DNA of 64,000 bases from an uncultured Gemmatimonadota bacterium (GCA_964626665.1 CAZVGK010000014.1:1-64000); one strand, 5' to 3'; counted from the stretch's first letter, positions 41,151 to 50,866 are shown. Notes: a model not told the origin generated them from the sequence alone. Program-made: numbers and translations.

Positions 41151-42998
41151 GTGTTTATCAAAGAGATCAAAAAGAAGAACAAGGGCTACGACAAGGTATT
41201 TACCTATCAGCGACTCATGGAGTCTTACAGGACAGAGAGAGGCTCCAGACAACGAACCATCCTCAACCTGGGGAGGGTAGACCTGCCCAAAGAGCAGTGG
41301 AAACTGCTGGCTGACCGGATTGAAGCCAAACTCACCGGTCAACAACCTCTGTGGCCAGTGGATGAACATATTGAAAGTTTGGCCACTCATTATGCTAAGC
41401 TGATTGTTCATAAACGGTTAACCGTTGCTACCACCGAGGTTAAGGAAATAGAGGAGCCCGAGTATGAAACAGTAGATATCAAATCTGTATCTAACTCCAA
41501 AAGCAGAACCATAGGGGCAGAATATGTTGGAGTTGCCACCTTGAGAAAGTTAGGACTTGATACGCTCTTTTCACAACTGGGATACAGCAAAAGCCAGATG
41601 GATCTTGCCACCTTATCCATTGTGGGCAGACTGGTCCATCCGGCTAGTGAGCGCAGAACCAGGGAGTGGGCCCAGAATTTAAGTGGTCTGGATGAGTTAT
41701 TAGGCACAGACTTTACCCATCTATCCAATAATGCGCTCTATCGCACTTTAGATTTACTCCTCTCCCATAAAGAGGAGATAGAGGAGCACCTCAAGTTGCG
41801 GGAGAGAGATATATTCTCTTTAAAGGAGAAAATCATCCTCTATGATTTAACCAACACCTATTTTGCGGGTGAGGCCAAAGCTAATAAGAAAGCAAAACGG
41901 GGACGCTCCAAAGAGAAGCGTAATGATCGTCCTCTGGTCACCCTGGGGCTGGTGATAGATGAGATGGGATTTCCCAAAGCGAGCAAGATCTTTAAAGGCA
42001 ACATTAGCGAAGGCGACACCTTATTGGAAATGCTGGAGATGCTTCAGGGTGAGAAGATAAACCAACCCAATGAATCAGCGATAAAAGCCAAGAAGGATAT
42101 TACTGTCATTTTGGATGCGGGGATTGCCAAAGAAGATAACCTCAGGCTTCTTAAGCATGAGGGTTATGATTATATCTGCGTGGCCCGTAATAAACCGATC
42201 GATCCCTCTCAGATCAACGGTGATGATCTGCTCACGATTAAGAAAGACGAAAAGAACAAAGTGGAAGCGACATTGATAAAGGAGGGTGGAGAGAGTATCC
42301 TCTATTGTAAAAGCTTTCTGAAGGGCAAGAAAGAACAAGCGATGAAGACACAGTTTCAGGAGAGATTTGAGGAAGGCTTGCAGGGGGTAGCAGCAGCGCT
42401 GACCAAGAAAGGTGGCACCAAAAGGTATGAGAAGGTTTTGGAGCGAATCGGCAGGCTAAAGGAGAGGTATGCTTCCATAGCGCAATACTACAAGGTAGAG
42501 GTCAAGCAGAAAGATGGTATAGCAACTACTGTGAATTGGGAGTTTGAGAAAAAGGAAGAAGCGGAGCAACGTTTTTCAGGCAGCTATTTTTTACGCACCA
42601 GCAGAACTGATCTGAAAGAGAAGGAGATATGGTCTTTATATGTGATGCTTACCAATGTAGAAGATGCGTTTCGTTGTTTAAAGAGTGACCTTGATTTGCA
42701 GCCGGTGTGCCACCAAAAAGAGCCTCGGGTAGATGCACATCTATTTACTACTGTTCTGGCATATCATTTATTGATTAGTATCCAGACAGGGTTACAAAGA
42801 CATAGCATCTGTATGCGGTGGTGGCACATACGAGAATTATTGTCCAGTCATGTAAGAATAACAACAGCGATGACAAACAAGGAGGGCAAGCGAATCTATA
42901 TTAGAAATTGCTCAGAGCCAGAGCCATTTCATAGAGCAATTTACAAGGCGCTGAGGTTAAAACTTACCCCGCTTAAAGCAAAACGCACCAAGATTTAA
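41151..42998 (+). CDS. IS1634 family DDE transposase
   Basis: ESYR...RQRT..NLG, LYDLT.TYF.G, GRSKEKR.D, DAGI, Y..L..VE.AFR.LK, R..AH. Confidence 0.95.
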   Translation: MFIKEIKKKNKGYDKVFTYQRLMESYRTERGSRQRTILNLGRVDLPKEQWKLLADRIEAKLTGQQPLWPVDEHIESLATHYAKLIVHKRLTVATTEVKEIEEPEYETVDIKSVSNSKSRTIGAEYVGVATLRKLGLDTLFSQLGYSKSQMDLATLSIVGRLVHPASERRTREWAQNLSGLDELLGTDFTHLSNNALYRTLDLLLSHKEEIEEHLKLRERDIFSLKEKIILYDLTNTYFAGEAKANKKAKRGRSKEKRNDRPLVTLGLVIDEMGFPKASKIFKGNISEGDTLLEMLEMLQGEKINQPNESAIKAKKDITVILDAGIAKEDNLRLLKHEGYDYICVARNKPIDPSQINGDDLLTIKKDEKNKVEATLIKEGGESILYCKSFLKGKKEQAMKTQFQERFEEGLQGVAAALTKKGGTKRYEKVLERIGRLKERYASIAQYYKVEVKQKDGIATTVNWEFEKKEEAEQRFSGSYFLRTSRTDLKEKEIWSLYVMLTNVEDAFRCLKSDLDLQPVCHQKEPRVDAHLFTTVLAYHLLISIQTGLQRHSICMRWWHIRELLSSHVRITTAMTNKEGKRIYIRNCSEPEPFHRAIYKALRLKLTPLKAKRTKI

Positions 42999-43072
42999 AA
43001 TCTGTAGTGACCATACAAAAATCTAAGGTGTTGTTTTCATTTAATTTATCTATACTTAATGGTAAAGTTGGG

Positions 43073-43441
43073 TTAGCTGGATTCCCGAGTTCGTAGGGTC
43101 CATAAAAAAACTTGTTCTGGTTCACTTATCGGTTTCAGATCCATTATATAAAGCCCGTAGGTGCTGGAGAAGAGAATCCTCTTGCGGTCTATAGACAAGA
43201 TAAACTGGTGCATTTCAGGTGTTACGCAGGTCAGTTTACCAGTGGAGAGGTCAACAATTAGGGTGTCAAGGTAGGTGTAAACCGTTCCCGTAGGTATATA
43301 ACGGCTTTCAAAGGCAATTTTTTGACCGTCCGGTGACCAGGTAATTCTATCAAATTGGCAAAAATTTGCAAACCAGGCGAAACTTGATTTCACCATTAGG
43401 AGAGCAAAAAGGAGGAAAGGTATGATCACCTTTAGCCTCAT
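43073..43441 (-). pseudogene. 5' part of the disrupted TolB-like gene (signal peptide, WSPDGQKIAF), with a frameshift in a T7 tract
   Basis: ATG 43441 MRLKVIIPFLLFALL; joins the 3' part only if one T is added at 43104-43110. Confidence 0.75.
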
Positions 43442-43457
43442 ATTTGAACATTTTGGT

Positions 43458-44060
43458 CTAATTGTCAGACCCATCGATATCCTCACCAGCCTCATCCCAG
43501 GCTTGGCTCAGAAGGTCAGAAAGCCCCAGTTTTCTTGCCCAAAGATCCATGTATTTACAGTCAAGCTTATTAGTCTGAACCTTGAGTATTCCCACGATGT
43601 CGTACCACTGTCGGTCAGAGATGCCTCCGCCAAGTTTATACCACTTGAGCTTACTGAGCACGGTGTCCTCTGGCGAACAGAAATATGCCTTTTGTTCGGG
43701 TTCGATACCGAGAGGAATCAGCCTGCGCCGGGCAAACTCCTCCTGAGCGTAAGCGGTATCTTTCAAGAGGAAAATATCCACTTTGAACATAGTTTCCAAG
43801 TGAATAATATTAAAAGAAGTTTGCTGCTTCACAGCTCTCCGAATAGTCTCTTCATCTGCGTAGTAGGCATTGCCCAGCAGGCGAACAAATGCACCGGTCT
43901 GTGACTCACCAAGGTTCGTCACCAGGTCCACATCTAAGGTGGAACGGGGAACCCCCCAAACGGCACTGGCCAGTGATCCCCCGATCAGGTAGTCCACTCC
44001 AAGGGCATCCAGAGCTGCAAGTAGAGGTTTAATCGCCAAAAACACATCATCAGCGATCAC
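43458..44060 (-). CDS. Nucleotidyltransferase-fold protein (DUF6036-like), putative TA component
   Basis: YLIGGSLAS..WG.PRST.DVD, KVDIF, SPED.VL.KL.WY, DRQWYD. Confidence 0.8.
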   Translation of the reverse strand: MIADDVFLAIKPLLAALDALGVDYLIGGSLASAVWGVPRSTLDVDLVTNLGESQTGAFVRLLGNAYYADEETIRRAVKQQTSFNIIHLETMFKVDIFLLKDTAYAQEEFARRRLIPLGIEPEQKAYFCSPEDTVLSKLKWYKLGGGISDRQWYDIVGILKVQTNKLDCKYMDLWARKLGLSDLLSQAWDEAGEDIDGSDN

Positions 44061-44310
44061 GGAAATTTACCCATTGGTTAACCTCATTTGCCAATTTAGA
44101 GCCATACATAAGCGCCAGAAAACGTCTACGCCGTTCCCGTTCAGTGTCATCCGGGAAGCGCCGACAGAGCCCTTGCCAGGCAAAACGCCGCGCCATCGCC
44201 CCAAGGTCAAGTGCCATTTCCAACCTTTGCCCTGGAGTCCGCTGCCGGATCCCTTCGATCCAGATTTGCTCGACCACAGGTGAGGTATCCACAGACATTG
44301 GCTTCATCAA
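44050..44310 (-). CDS. Small partner protein of the nucleotidyltransferase
   Basis: DTSP......R..TP.QRL...; overlaps the downstream gene. Confidence 0.7.
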   Translation of the reverse strand: MMKPMSVDTSPVVEQIWIEGIRQRTPGQRLEMALDLGAMARRFAWQGLCRRFPDDTERERRRRFLALMYGSKLANEVNQWVNFRDR

Positions 44311-44372
44311 TCCCTCGCTCTTATTGTTTCAGTGATTTTCGGTGTTTAAGCCATAAATAATGTGGATTTTTT

Positions 44373-44875
44373 GGTGGCGTATCAAAAATTGTTGCTAAGC
44401 AGATCTTTGAAAACTAGGATCTTTAAGTAAATCAAGGCTTTCTGCGGTATAGTGGCGGGGATAAGGTCTTATCACTTGCCACAGGAGGCCAAAATGAGTA
44501 AAGCAAAGAGACGGGTACGGTGCCCATATTGCCATGGACTCCATACTAAACGCTATGGTTCTTTCTCTGTAAATCAAGGAACTATGAGCCGCAGATGCAA
44601 CTACCGTTACGATTGTCAGCAAACTTTTACTCTTTGGAACCATTAGTTAACAAAATATCATTCAAGCAGATAGCTACAAGCGTAAGGATATCCATTTGCA
44701 ACTTTGAAGATGTTAATCATGTGGTATTGATTCAAAAAGTTTATAAACTGTCGCAAGGTAAACAACTACGAGAACGGCAAAAGTCTATTTCAGCTAGCTA
44801 AGGTAGATAGCCAAGATATCAACTGGGTCAGACTCAGCCAGAGGTCCCATTAGCAACAATTTTTGATACGCCACC
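44373..44875 (+). mobile_element. 503-bp internally deleted IS256-like element with zinc-ribbon remnant
   Basis: Perfect 26-bp TIR GGTGGCGTATCAAAAATTGTTGCTAA; 8-bp TSD GATTTTTT; AGGAGG + MSKAKRRVRCPYC...C fragment. Confidence 0.85.
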
Positions 44876-44922
44876 GATTTTTTTCTGTTTGTCATGACCA
44901 TCCTGTCTAAAAATGGAAATTC

Positions 44923-46278
44923 TTATTTCAAAAGCAGATCCAATGCCTCTCTCAGCCTGTCGACCCCCATAACCTCTATCCCCGGGATTTTCCTGGAGTC
45001 CTTTAAGTTAGCTTGAGGGACGACGCATCTGCGGAAGCCAAGCTTTTGTGCCTCCTTAATCCTCTTCTCCACATAACCAACCCCTCTCACCTCTCCACCC
45101 AAGCCAACCTCCCCCACCATCACGGTATCAGAAATTAAAGAGGTATCCCGATAGCTTGAGGCCACGCAGATTGCGGCTCCCAGATCTGCCGCTGGCTCAT
45201 TTAGCTTAACCCCACCAACCACATTGAGGAAGATATCCTTGGTCCCCAGCTTCATCCCCTCCCTCTTCTCCAAAATGGCTAGAAGCAGGGAAAGCCTCTT
45301 GTGGTCAAATCCCGTAGCTACCCTCTGGGGAAGGCCATAATAGGCCGGGCTCACCAGGGCCTGCATCTCCACCAAAAGGGGCCTTGTCCCCTCCATACTG
45401 GAGACCACAGCAACCCCAGACACCCCCTCTCTGCGGTGGGTGAGGAAAAGCTGGGAAGGATTGGAAACTTCCTCTAACCCCTCCTCAGCCATCTGAAATA
45501 CCCCCACCTCATTGGTGGAGCCAAAGCGGTTCTTCACCGCTCGCAGGATACGAAAGGAGTGATGCCTCTCCCCCTCAAAATAGAGGACCGTGTCCACCAT
45601 ATGCTCCAAAATTTTAGGGCCGGCTATGGCCCCCTGCTTGGTCACATGGCCAATAAGAAAAACCGGCACCTCTCTCCCCTTGGCAAAGGAAATAAGCAGG
45701 GAGGCACACTCCCTCACCTGACCAACCGTTCCGGGCAGGCTCCCCAGGGAGTGAGAGGCTATGGCCTGGATGGAGTCCACCACTAAAAGGACTGGATAGG
45801 GCTCCTTGAGGCTATCCAGAACGGCCTCTAAATCTGATTCGGCCAGGAGATAGAGGGAAGGGGAACCCACCTTTAACCTATCTGCCCTCAGCTTAAGCTG
45901 ATATAGGGATTCCTCCCCACTGAGATAAAGCACCCTGCCATAGCTTTTACTCAGCCTTTCAGCCACCTGAAGCATAAGGGTGGATTTGCCAATCCCGGGA
46001 TCACCAGCCACCAAAATTAAGGATCCCTGGACCACTCCTCCTCCCAACACCCGATCAAACTCCCCCAAGCCGCTCCTCAACCTCTCCTCCTCCCTCACCT
46101 CAATCTGGGAGAGAGATTTCGGCTCCAGGTTACTGGACCTTTTTACCCTTTGGGGAGAAACCGATTTCTCCTCAGCAAAGGTGTTCCATCCCCCACAGTC
46201 GGGACATCTGCCCAACCACTTCGGGGACTTGAAGCCACAGCTCTGGCAGACATATATTGATTTTGACTTATTAGTCAT
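44923..46278 (-). CDS. radA: DNA repair protein RadA/Sms
   Basis: C..C...W.G.CP.C, GDPGIGKSTL, KNRFG. Confidence 0.98.
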   Translation of the reverse strand: MTNKSKSIYVCQSCGFKSPKWLGRCPDCGGWNTFAEEKSVSPQRVKRSSNLEPKSLSQIEVREEERLRSGLGEFDRVLGGGVVQGSLILVAGDPGIGKSTLMLQVAERLSKSYGRVLYLSGEESLYQLKLRADRLKVGSPSLYLLAESDLEAVLDSLKEPYPVLLVVDSIQAIASHSLGSLPGTVGQVRECASLLISFAKGREVPVFLIGHVTKQGAIAGPKILEHMVDTVLYFEGERHHSFRILRAVKNRFGSTNEVGVFQMAEEGLEEVSNPSQLFLTHRREGVSGVAVVSSMEGTRPLLVEMQALVSPAYYGLPQRVATGFDHKRLSLLLAILEKREGMKLGTKDIFLNVVGGVKLNEPAADLGAAICVASSYRDTSLISDTVMVGEVGLGGEVRGVGYVEKRIKEAQKLGFRRCVVPQANLKDSRKIPGIEVMGVDRLREALDLLLK

Positions 46279-46614
46279 TAGTAGAATAGATCAGGGGGAA
46301 ATCATAAAGGATACTTCCAGTAGCCTTTGTTTCTATAAAGCTTAATTCATTGACGGATTTGTCAGTTATTTCCTTCATTTCTTTGACCAATCTTGCCAGA
46401 TCCTCTATTTCCGTTTCTATCTCTTCCCTCAGACTAACTTTACGTTTCGGAATTTCTAAGAAATTCCGAAACGTCGGGGGATGTTTGAAGGGGGTAGGCC
46501 CCCTTCAAGGGTGACAGCGGAGCAATCCGAGCGAGCGTAGGATTGTGGAGCGCCATAGGGTCGGTGAGACCCTCTGGAGAAGTTAGCGACCGCAAGGGAG
46601 CTAAGTTCATCCAT
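46271..46614 (-). pseudogene. HepT-like HEPN gene interrupted in codon 5 and 3'-truncated
   Basis: Removing 46438-46604 restores MDELSLREEIETEIEDLARL...KATGSILYDF; start overlaps the MNT stop. Confidence 0.7.
46434..46604 (-). mobile_element. TTAG-bounded miniature element, copy D (multi-hairpin interior)
   Basis: Minus strand GAAC|TTAGCTCCCTTGCGGTCGC...ACGTTTCGGAATTTCTTAGAAATTCCGAAACGTAAAG|TTAG. Confidence 0.7.
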
Positions 46615-46906
46615 ATATGAGTTCTCCTTCTTTGAGGGTTTTCTTTTTTAAACTTCCAAAAGCATCTTCAAATGGAACGAGATTTAACTCTATCCCAATT
46701 GGTAGAAGGTCCCACAATTCGGTTAGGGCTTTGATATAAAGGTCTGGAGATAAACCCTCCACAACCAAGTCAATATCCGATCTCTCATGAACGACTCCCT
46801 TGACTAAGGATCCGATAAGGAATACTCTCTTCACTTTGTATTTATCTTTTAGGACCTGGACACATCTCTCCGCAACTTTTCTCAATTCTTCTTTTCTATG
46901 CATCAC
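46607..46906 (-). CDS. Minimal nucleotidyltransferase (MNT antitoxin)
   Basis: LIGSL..G.....SDIDL.VEG. Confidence 0.88.
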   Translation of the reverse strand: MMHRKEELRKVAERCVQVLKDKYKVKRVFLIGSLVKGVVHERSDIDLVVEGLSPDLYIKALTELWDLLPIGIELNLVPFEDAFGSLKKKTLKEGELIYG

Positions 46907-46918
46907 TCTTCTCCTGCC

Positions 46919-47269
46919 CTATTTTTCTTCTATATTCTCCAAAACCTTTTGAATCAGAGGCTTAATTTCTGGAATATGTTGGGTGACGGTCTTCCATACT
47001 ACCTTCAAATCAACACCGAAATACTCGTGAATAACTTTATCCCTCATTCCAGCCATATCCTTCCAAGGAACCTCTGGATATTTATCTATGATCGATTTTG
47101 GGATATGTTTTGTAGCCTCACCAATAATCTCAATTGCCCTTATCACTGCAAAGATTGTCTTTCTGTCTTCTGCGAAATCTTTAAATTCTGACTCTTTTAC
47201 AAATTCTTCAATAGCATTTACAGAATCAAGTATGTCTTGTATGTAATCCCCGAATTCTCGCTTTTTCAT
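46919..47269 (-). CDS. DUF86/HepT family HEPN ribonuclease
   Basis: EIIGEA.K, PW..MAGMRDKVIHEYFGVD (RxxxxH). Confidence 0.93.
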   Translation of the reverse strand: MKKREFGDYIQDILDSVNAIEEFVKESEFKDFAEDRKTIFAVIRAIEIIGEATKHIPKSIIDKYPEVPWKDMAGMRDKVIHEYFGVDLKVVWKTVTQHIPEIKPLIQKVLENIEEK

Positions 47270-47568
47270 ATATACACCACCTCTCTTAAGATGTGTTTGC
47301 CTATTCTTGGCTTTAAGGCACTTTTCATAACCAAATCAACTTTTTCTCCTATAAGTTCAGATAGCTCTCTTTCTAATGCTACAAAATCCAAAAGACTTAC
47401 TACTTCATAAAACTCAACCAGTATATCCACATCACTTCTTTTTCTCTCTTCTCCTCTCACCCTCGAGCCAAAGATACCAATTTCTTTTACCTTAAACCTC
47501 TCCTTTAAGAGAGGTTTGTTCTCTTTTAGTATCCTTTCTATTTCGTTAAGTTCTTTTCTTGTGATCAT
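47266..47568 (-). CDS. Minimal nucleotidyltransferase (MntA-like)
   Basis: IFGS..RGE....SDVDILVEF, KVDLV. Confidence 0.92.
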   Translation of the reverse strand: MITRKELNEIERILKENKPLLKERFKVKEIGIFGSRVRGEERKRSDVDILVEFYEVVSLLDFVALERELSELIGEKVDLVMKSALKPRIGKHILREVVYI

Positions 47569-47569
47569 T

Positions 47570-47980
47570 CTAACTCTTCTTGGCGCAAAACTTAGCTATG
47601 TTAATAGCTTTATCTCTACCTGGTAACTTTCCATACATCTCTTCAAATTTCTCTCTCCAGACGGATTGTTTTACGGTTTTGATTTCATCTTCGGTGAGTT
47701 CATAAAGATCATAGACTAATCTGCCTATGGCAAGGTCAATCTCAGTTATTTCTTTATCAAGTGCTTTTACGAGAACCCGCAGAATGCCCCGTCCTTTGGA
47801 CGGGGATGAATGCGTGGGTGGTGCCGGGCCCAAGAAATCGCGGTGGCGGAACCATGAATTGGGCGAAATGCCCCGCACTTTGGGCGGGGATAGTCCAATT
47901 CAAGCGATTTCTTTACCTTTTTCTGGGCATCTTTAAATTTCCCGTATCCTTCTGAGAGTTCTTCTGTAAATTGCCCATGG
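47570..47980 (-). pseudogene. C-terminal relic of a type IIG-like restriction-modification protein, split by a miniature IS
   Basis: ...KKSLE(L)|VKALDKEITEIDLAIGRLVYDLYELTEDEIK...; ID.LVY.LY.LT.EEI-type tail. Confidence 0.65.
47771..47898 (+). mobile_element. Non-autonomous IS200/IS605-type miniature element
   Basis: Follows TTAC; two hairpins ATGCCCCGTCCTTTGGACGGGGAT and ATGCCCCGCACTTTGGGCGGGGAT; no TSD; excision restores the frame. Confidence 0.7.
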
Positions 47981-47983
47981 AGA

Positions 47984-48081
47984 GGGTCACATCTTTGTTC
48001 TTAATTTTGCGAGTGAAAAGCTGGTTAATGCTTATATAAATAACTTAAGACATCGAAAGTCAAAAGTAAAGATATGACTCT
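47984..48081. repeat. About 100-bp REP/MITE-like element with TIRs, copy 1
   Basis: GGGTCACATCTTTGTTCTT...AAAAGTAAAGATATGACTCT; direct-repeat copy at 51005-51112. Confidence 0.8.
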
Positions 48082-48091
48082 TTCTCATTCT

Positions 48092-48499
48092 TTAAATCAA
48101 CTCAATACCGAGTTTTTTAAGATATCTAATCATAGTATCATAAAAATCTTCCGCATCATTTATTCTTTTCTCTACCCGTTCTTGCTCGGGAGAAAAAGCA
48201 ACATCATAATCGGCTAAGTAACGCTCGTCTTGTTCCTCACTTAGTATTTTCGAATACTTTGGCTCAATCTTACCTGTTTTTATCAGATGCAAACCGAACA
48301 GTCTTTTGACTGCTTCATGCGAACTAACCGTCACACTTTCACTGAGCAAAACTGCCTTTGCCGCATGTAAGACTGCATAATATGAACGAGAAATGGCGTC
48401 TTCAAAAAGACCTTCCTCAAACAGTCTTTTTGCAGATTTCAATGACTTCTGGCTTCTTGATATTTCCTTCTCTATCTCTTCTTTATTTAACGGTTTCAT
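48092..48499 (-). CDS. HEPN domain protein (SRAYYA class)
   Basis: DAISRSYYAVLHAAKA.L, SH, R..ADYD. Confidence 0.9.
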   Translation of the reverse strand: MKPLNKEEIEKEISRSQKSLKSAKRLFEEGLFEDAISRSYYAVLHAAKAVLLSESVTVSSHEAVKRLFGLHLIKTGKIEPKYSKILSEEQDERYLADYDVAFSPEQERVEKRINDAEDFYDTMIRYLKKLGIELI

Positions 48500-48825
48500 A
48501 TTACTACTCCCTCCGATTCAATATTTTTTATAAACTGAAAGCTATTATTCCGGAGGTAATTCATATGGGATTCTGAAATAACCTGTATGGATAACCGATA
48601 ATCTATATGCTCATCTAAATCATATCCAATTTCTCTGATTTCATCACCCTTCCTCCAATCATCGGAAGAAGTAATAACCAAAATGTCGATATCGGAATTT
48701 TTTTTAGCATCTCCTCTTGCCTTTGAACCATACACTACTATCTTTACGATTTCATCAGCAAATTCATCCTTTACTCTTTCTTCAAATTCCTCAATTACTT
48801 TTTTCTCCTTTAATGTCAATTTCAT
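48496..48825 (-). CDS. Minimal nucleotidyltransferase
   Basis: YGSKARGD....SDIDILVI. Confidence 0.9.
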   Translation of the reverse strand: MKLTLKEKKVIEEFEERVKDEFADEIVKIVVYGSKARGDAKKNSDIDILVITSSDDWRKGDEIREIGYDLDEHIDYRLSIQVISESHMNYLRNNSFQFIKNIESEGVVI

Positions 48826-49010
48826 TTTATCTTTCCTCTCTCATCGAGGGGAAGGGATTTCATACAGCCAAGAAGAATTGCCCGGAAAAAACAGGAGGCC
48901 CGGCGAGCAAACCACTTGTGCATCTGATAGATGGGTTTAAAGGTGTTCCTCTCGGGAATCGCCAGCCGATTTATTTCCGCGATGGGAAAAGAGTCTTCAA
49001 TTGCATATTT
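48822..49010 (-). pseudogene. N-terminal fragment of a second DUF1156 methyltransferase
   Basis: YAIEDSFPIAEINRLAIPERNTFKPIYQMHKWFARRAS..FRAIL, then truncated against the MNT start. Confidence 0.8.
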
Positions 49011-49208
49011 AACAGAGCCTTGCGTTGAGTTCCACACTATCTTCTCCTCTTGAAATGTAGCAATCTAAATCAGAAATAGAGCGGTTTAAAACTGAAAAAG
49101 TAACATCCCAGAGTGTTTCATTTCAGTTTCTGATTATGGGACAGTTTCACAGTTTATGGGGCAGTCTAAAACTTACCAATGCCCAAATCAAAGTGTTCCA
49201 TAAATCCG

Positions 49209-50858
49209 CTAAGATTGTTTCATTTTATATTTAGTGCCTCTAGTTTTTCCTTCTTTCTTGAAAATCCCTAAGGCTACAAGTCGTTGAGTAACTCTTTTAG
49301 CTTTGTGTCTTGGAATTGATAAAAGCTTCTGGATATCTTCGTTTTTGATAAATCCTTTTTCTCTTAATGTACCCATAAGAACTCTGTATTCGTCAGGAAG
49401 CTTATTTAAATTTTTCTCTTTTTGCGATAAGATTTTATAAATTCTACCTCTTTTCTTAGGTAACTCTACTATACCCTTTTTTACCATCTCTTTGATTTCT
49501 TTAGATGCACCATAAATATCTACACCGCATACTCTCTGGTAATTCCTGCTTGTGAAGGAATTTTCATGCGCACGAGCAAAAAGTAACATTCGTTTTTGAT
49601 TAGGATTAAGGTTTGCTCCCTTAAATTGCTCAAGCCATTCCAGATCATCGATTGAGTACATGGGCTGGTTTTTTAAGATGACAGAAAATAAAGAATCCGC
49701 CACGATCTCAATCTTCGGAGGATACAGTCCGTTCTTTTCCATTTCTTCAAACATCCTCGGAATACCTTCACCAGTTTCTCGCATATATCCCAAATCAGTC
49801 AGTACACGGACAATGAGTGGATTTCTGCTGGCATGAACTCGTTCCCTTCTAAGAATTCTTTCCAGGGTGACCGGCTCAGGAGGCAGACCAGGACTCCGAA
49901 TCTCTATTCGATCATCAAACATCCATACCTCAATGGACAATCCCTGAATACTGTAATCTCGGTGAGCAACAGCATTTACAATTGCCTCTTGCCAGGCAAA
50001 AGTAGGATATTCAAACTTTTCGACAAAGAACAGGTCGTGAAGATATTGCCGTTCTTTGATCTGGGCAAAAATTGTTTTGTATGTTTCTTCAACCAGCTTT
50101 ACCAAAGGCGATTCTATCCTTGCTCTTTTGATGATGTTTAATTCTCTGCCCACCTTTCTTTCTGTGCCTTCATATTTGATGAAATCAACACCACATCTGG
50201 GGTGCCAGCGGAGAGGATCTTTCCCGAAGAGCAGAAGGGTGGCCAACTTAAACTTGGGATTTCCATTATCGTAATCTATTAAGCGATACTCAAATGATAT
50301 TTCTTCAGGGCTTTTGTCTATTCCTATTCTTTTGCCAAAGTCTACGACAAGTTCTTTAGAAATATCATTCCAGGAGGCAGATGGTTCAATACGACTTTCA
50401 AAAATAGCCTTTCTTTTTCCAGACTTAAGCAGTTCAATCTGATCTGCAGGAAAAGGCGTATTTGAATCACCAATGCGCAGAAGATAGCGACCATCGGTCA
50501 GTTGATATACATCGGGCATCCAATTGACAGTGAAAAGGAAGAGTCGCTTTCCCTGGAAGGATATTTCATTGATATTAGCCCGCAAGGGGGGCTTTATCAG
50601 GTTCTTGGGAGCATACTGGATGACTCTGAGCCTATCTTTTGGAAAATCAACCCCTGAGACATTTCCATCATCGTCCACCCCCAGCAAAAGAGTACCCCCG
50701 TCAGCATTGGCAAAGGCTGATAATGTCTCAGCAACATCTCTGGCAACATCCCTCGCCTTTCGGAGTTTCCACCGCCCAATGTATTCATAACAGCTTTTCC
50801 GTTCAAGAAACTGACCTTCAGGTTGCCGGAGTAGTCGCTTAATACTGATTGTATTCAT
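49209..50858 (-). CDS. AlbA_2 + HATPase_c_4 + wHTH protein
   Basis: EGQFLERKS, AFANADGG.LLLGVDD.G, EAIVNAVAHRDY, SRNP, GEGI.RM, G..RGTKY. Confidence 0.88.
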   Translation of the reverse strand: MNTISIKRLLRQPEGQFLERKSCYEYIGRWKLRKARDVARDVAETLSAFANADGGTLLLGVDDDGNVSGVDFPKDRLRVIQYAPKNLIKPPLRANINEISFQGKRLFLFTVNWMPDVYQLTDGRYLLRIGDSNTPFPADQIELLKSGKRKAIFESRIEPSASWNDISKELVVDFGKRIGIDKSPEEISFEYRLIDYDNGNPKFKLATLLLFGKDPLRWHPRCGVDFIKYEGTERKVGRELNIIKRARIESPLVKLVEETYKTIFAQIKERQYLHDLFFVEKFEYPTFAWQEAIVNAVAHRDYSIQGLSIEVWMFDDRIEIRSPGLPPEPVTLERILRRERVHASRNPLIVRVLTDLGYMRETGEGIPRMFEEMEKNGLYPPKIEIVADSLFSVILKNQPMYSIDDLEWLEQFKGANLNPNQKRMLLFARAHENSFTSRNYQRVCGVDIYGASKEIKEMVKKGIVELPKKRGRIYKILSQKEKNLNKLPDEYRVLMGTLREKGFIKNEDIQKLLSIPRHKAKRVTQRLVALGIFKKEGKTRGTKYKMKQS

Positions 50859-50866
50859 GTCTTTTC

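Larger units (their letters stand above)
40982..43072 (+). mobile_element. Complete IS1634-family element (2091 bp)
   Basis: TIR CCCACCTTTACCATT / AATGGTAAAGTTGGG (14/15); TTAG duplicated at 40978-81 and 43073-76. Confidence 0.92.

Noticed and set aside
47771-47878. N-terminus of ORF 47570-47878
   Set aside because: Derived from the antisense strand of the inserted mini-IS
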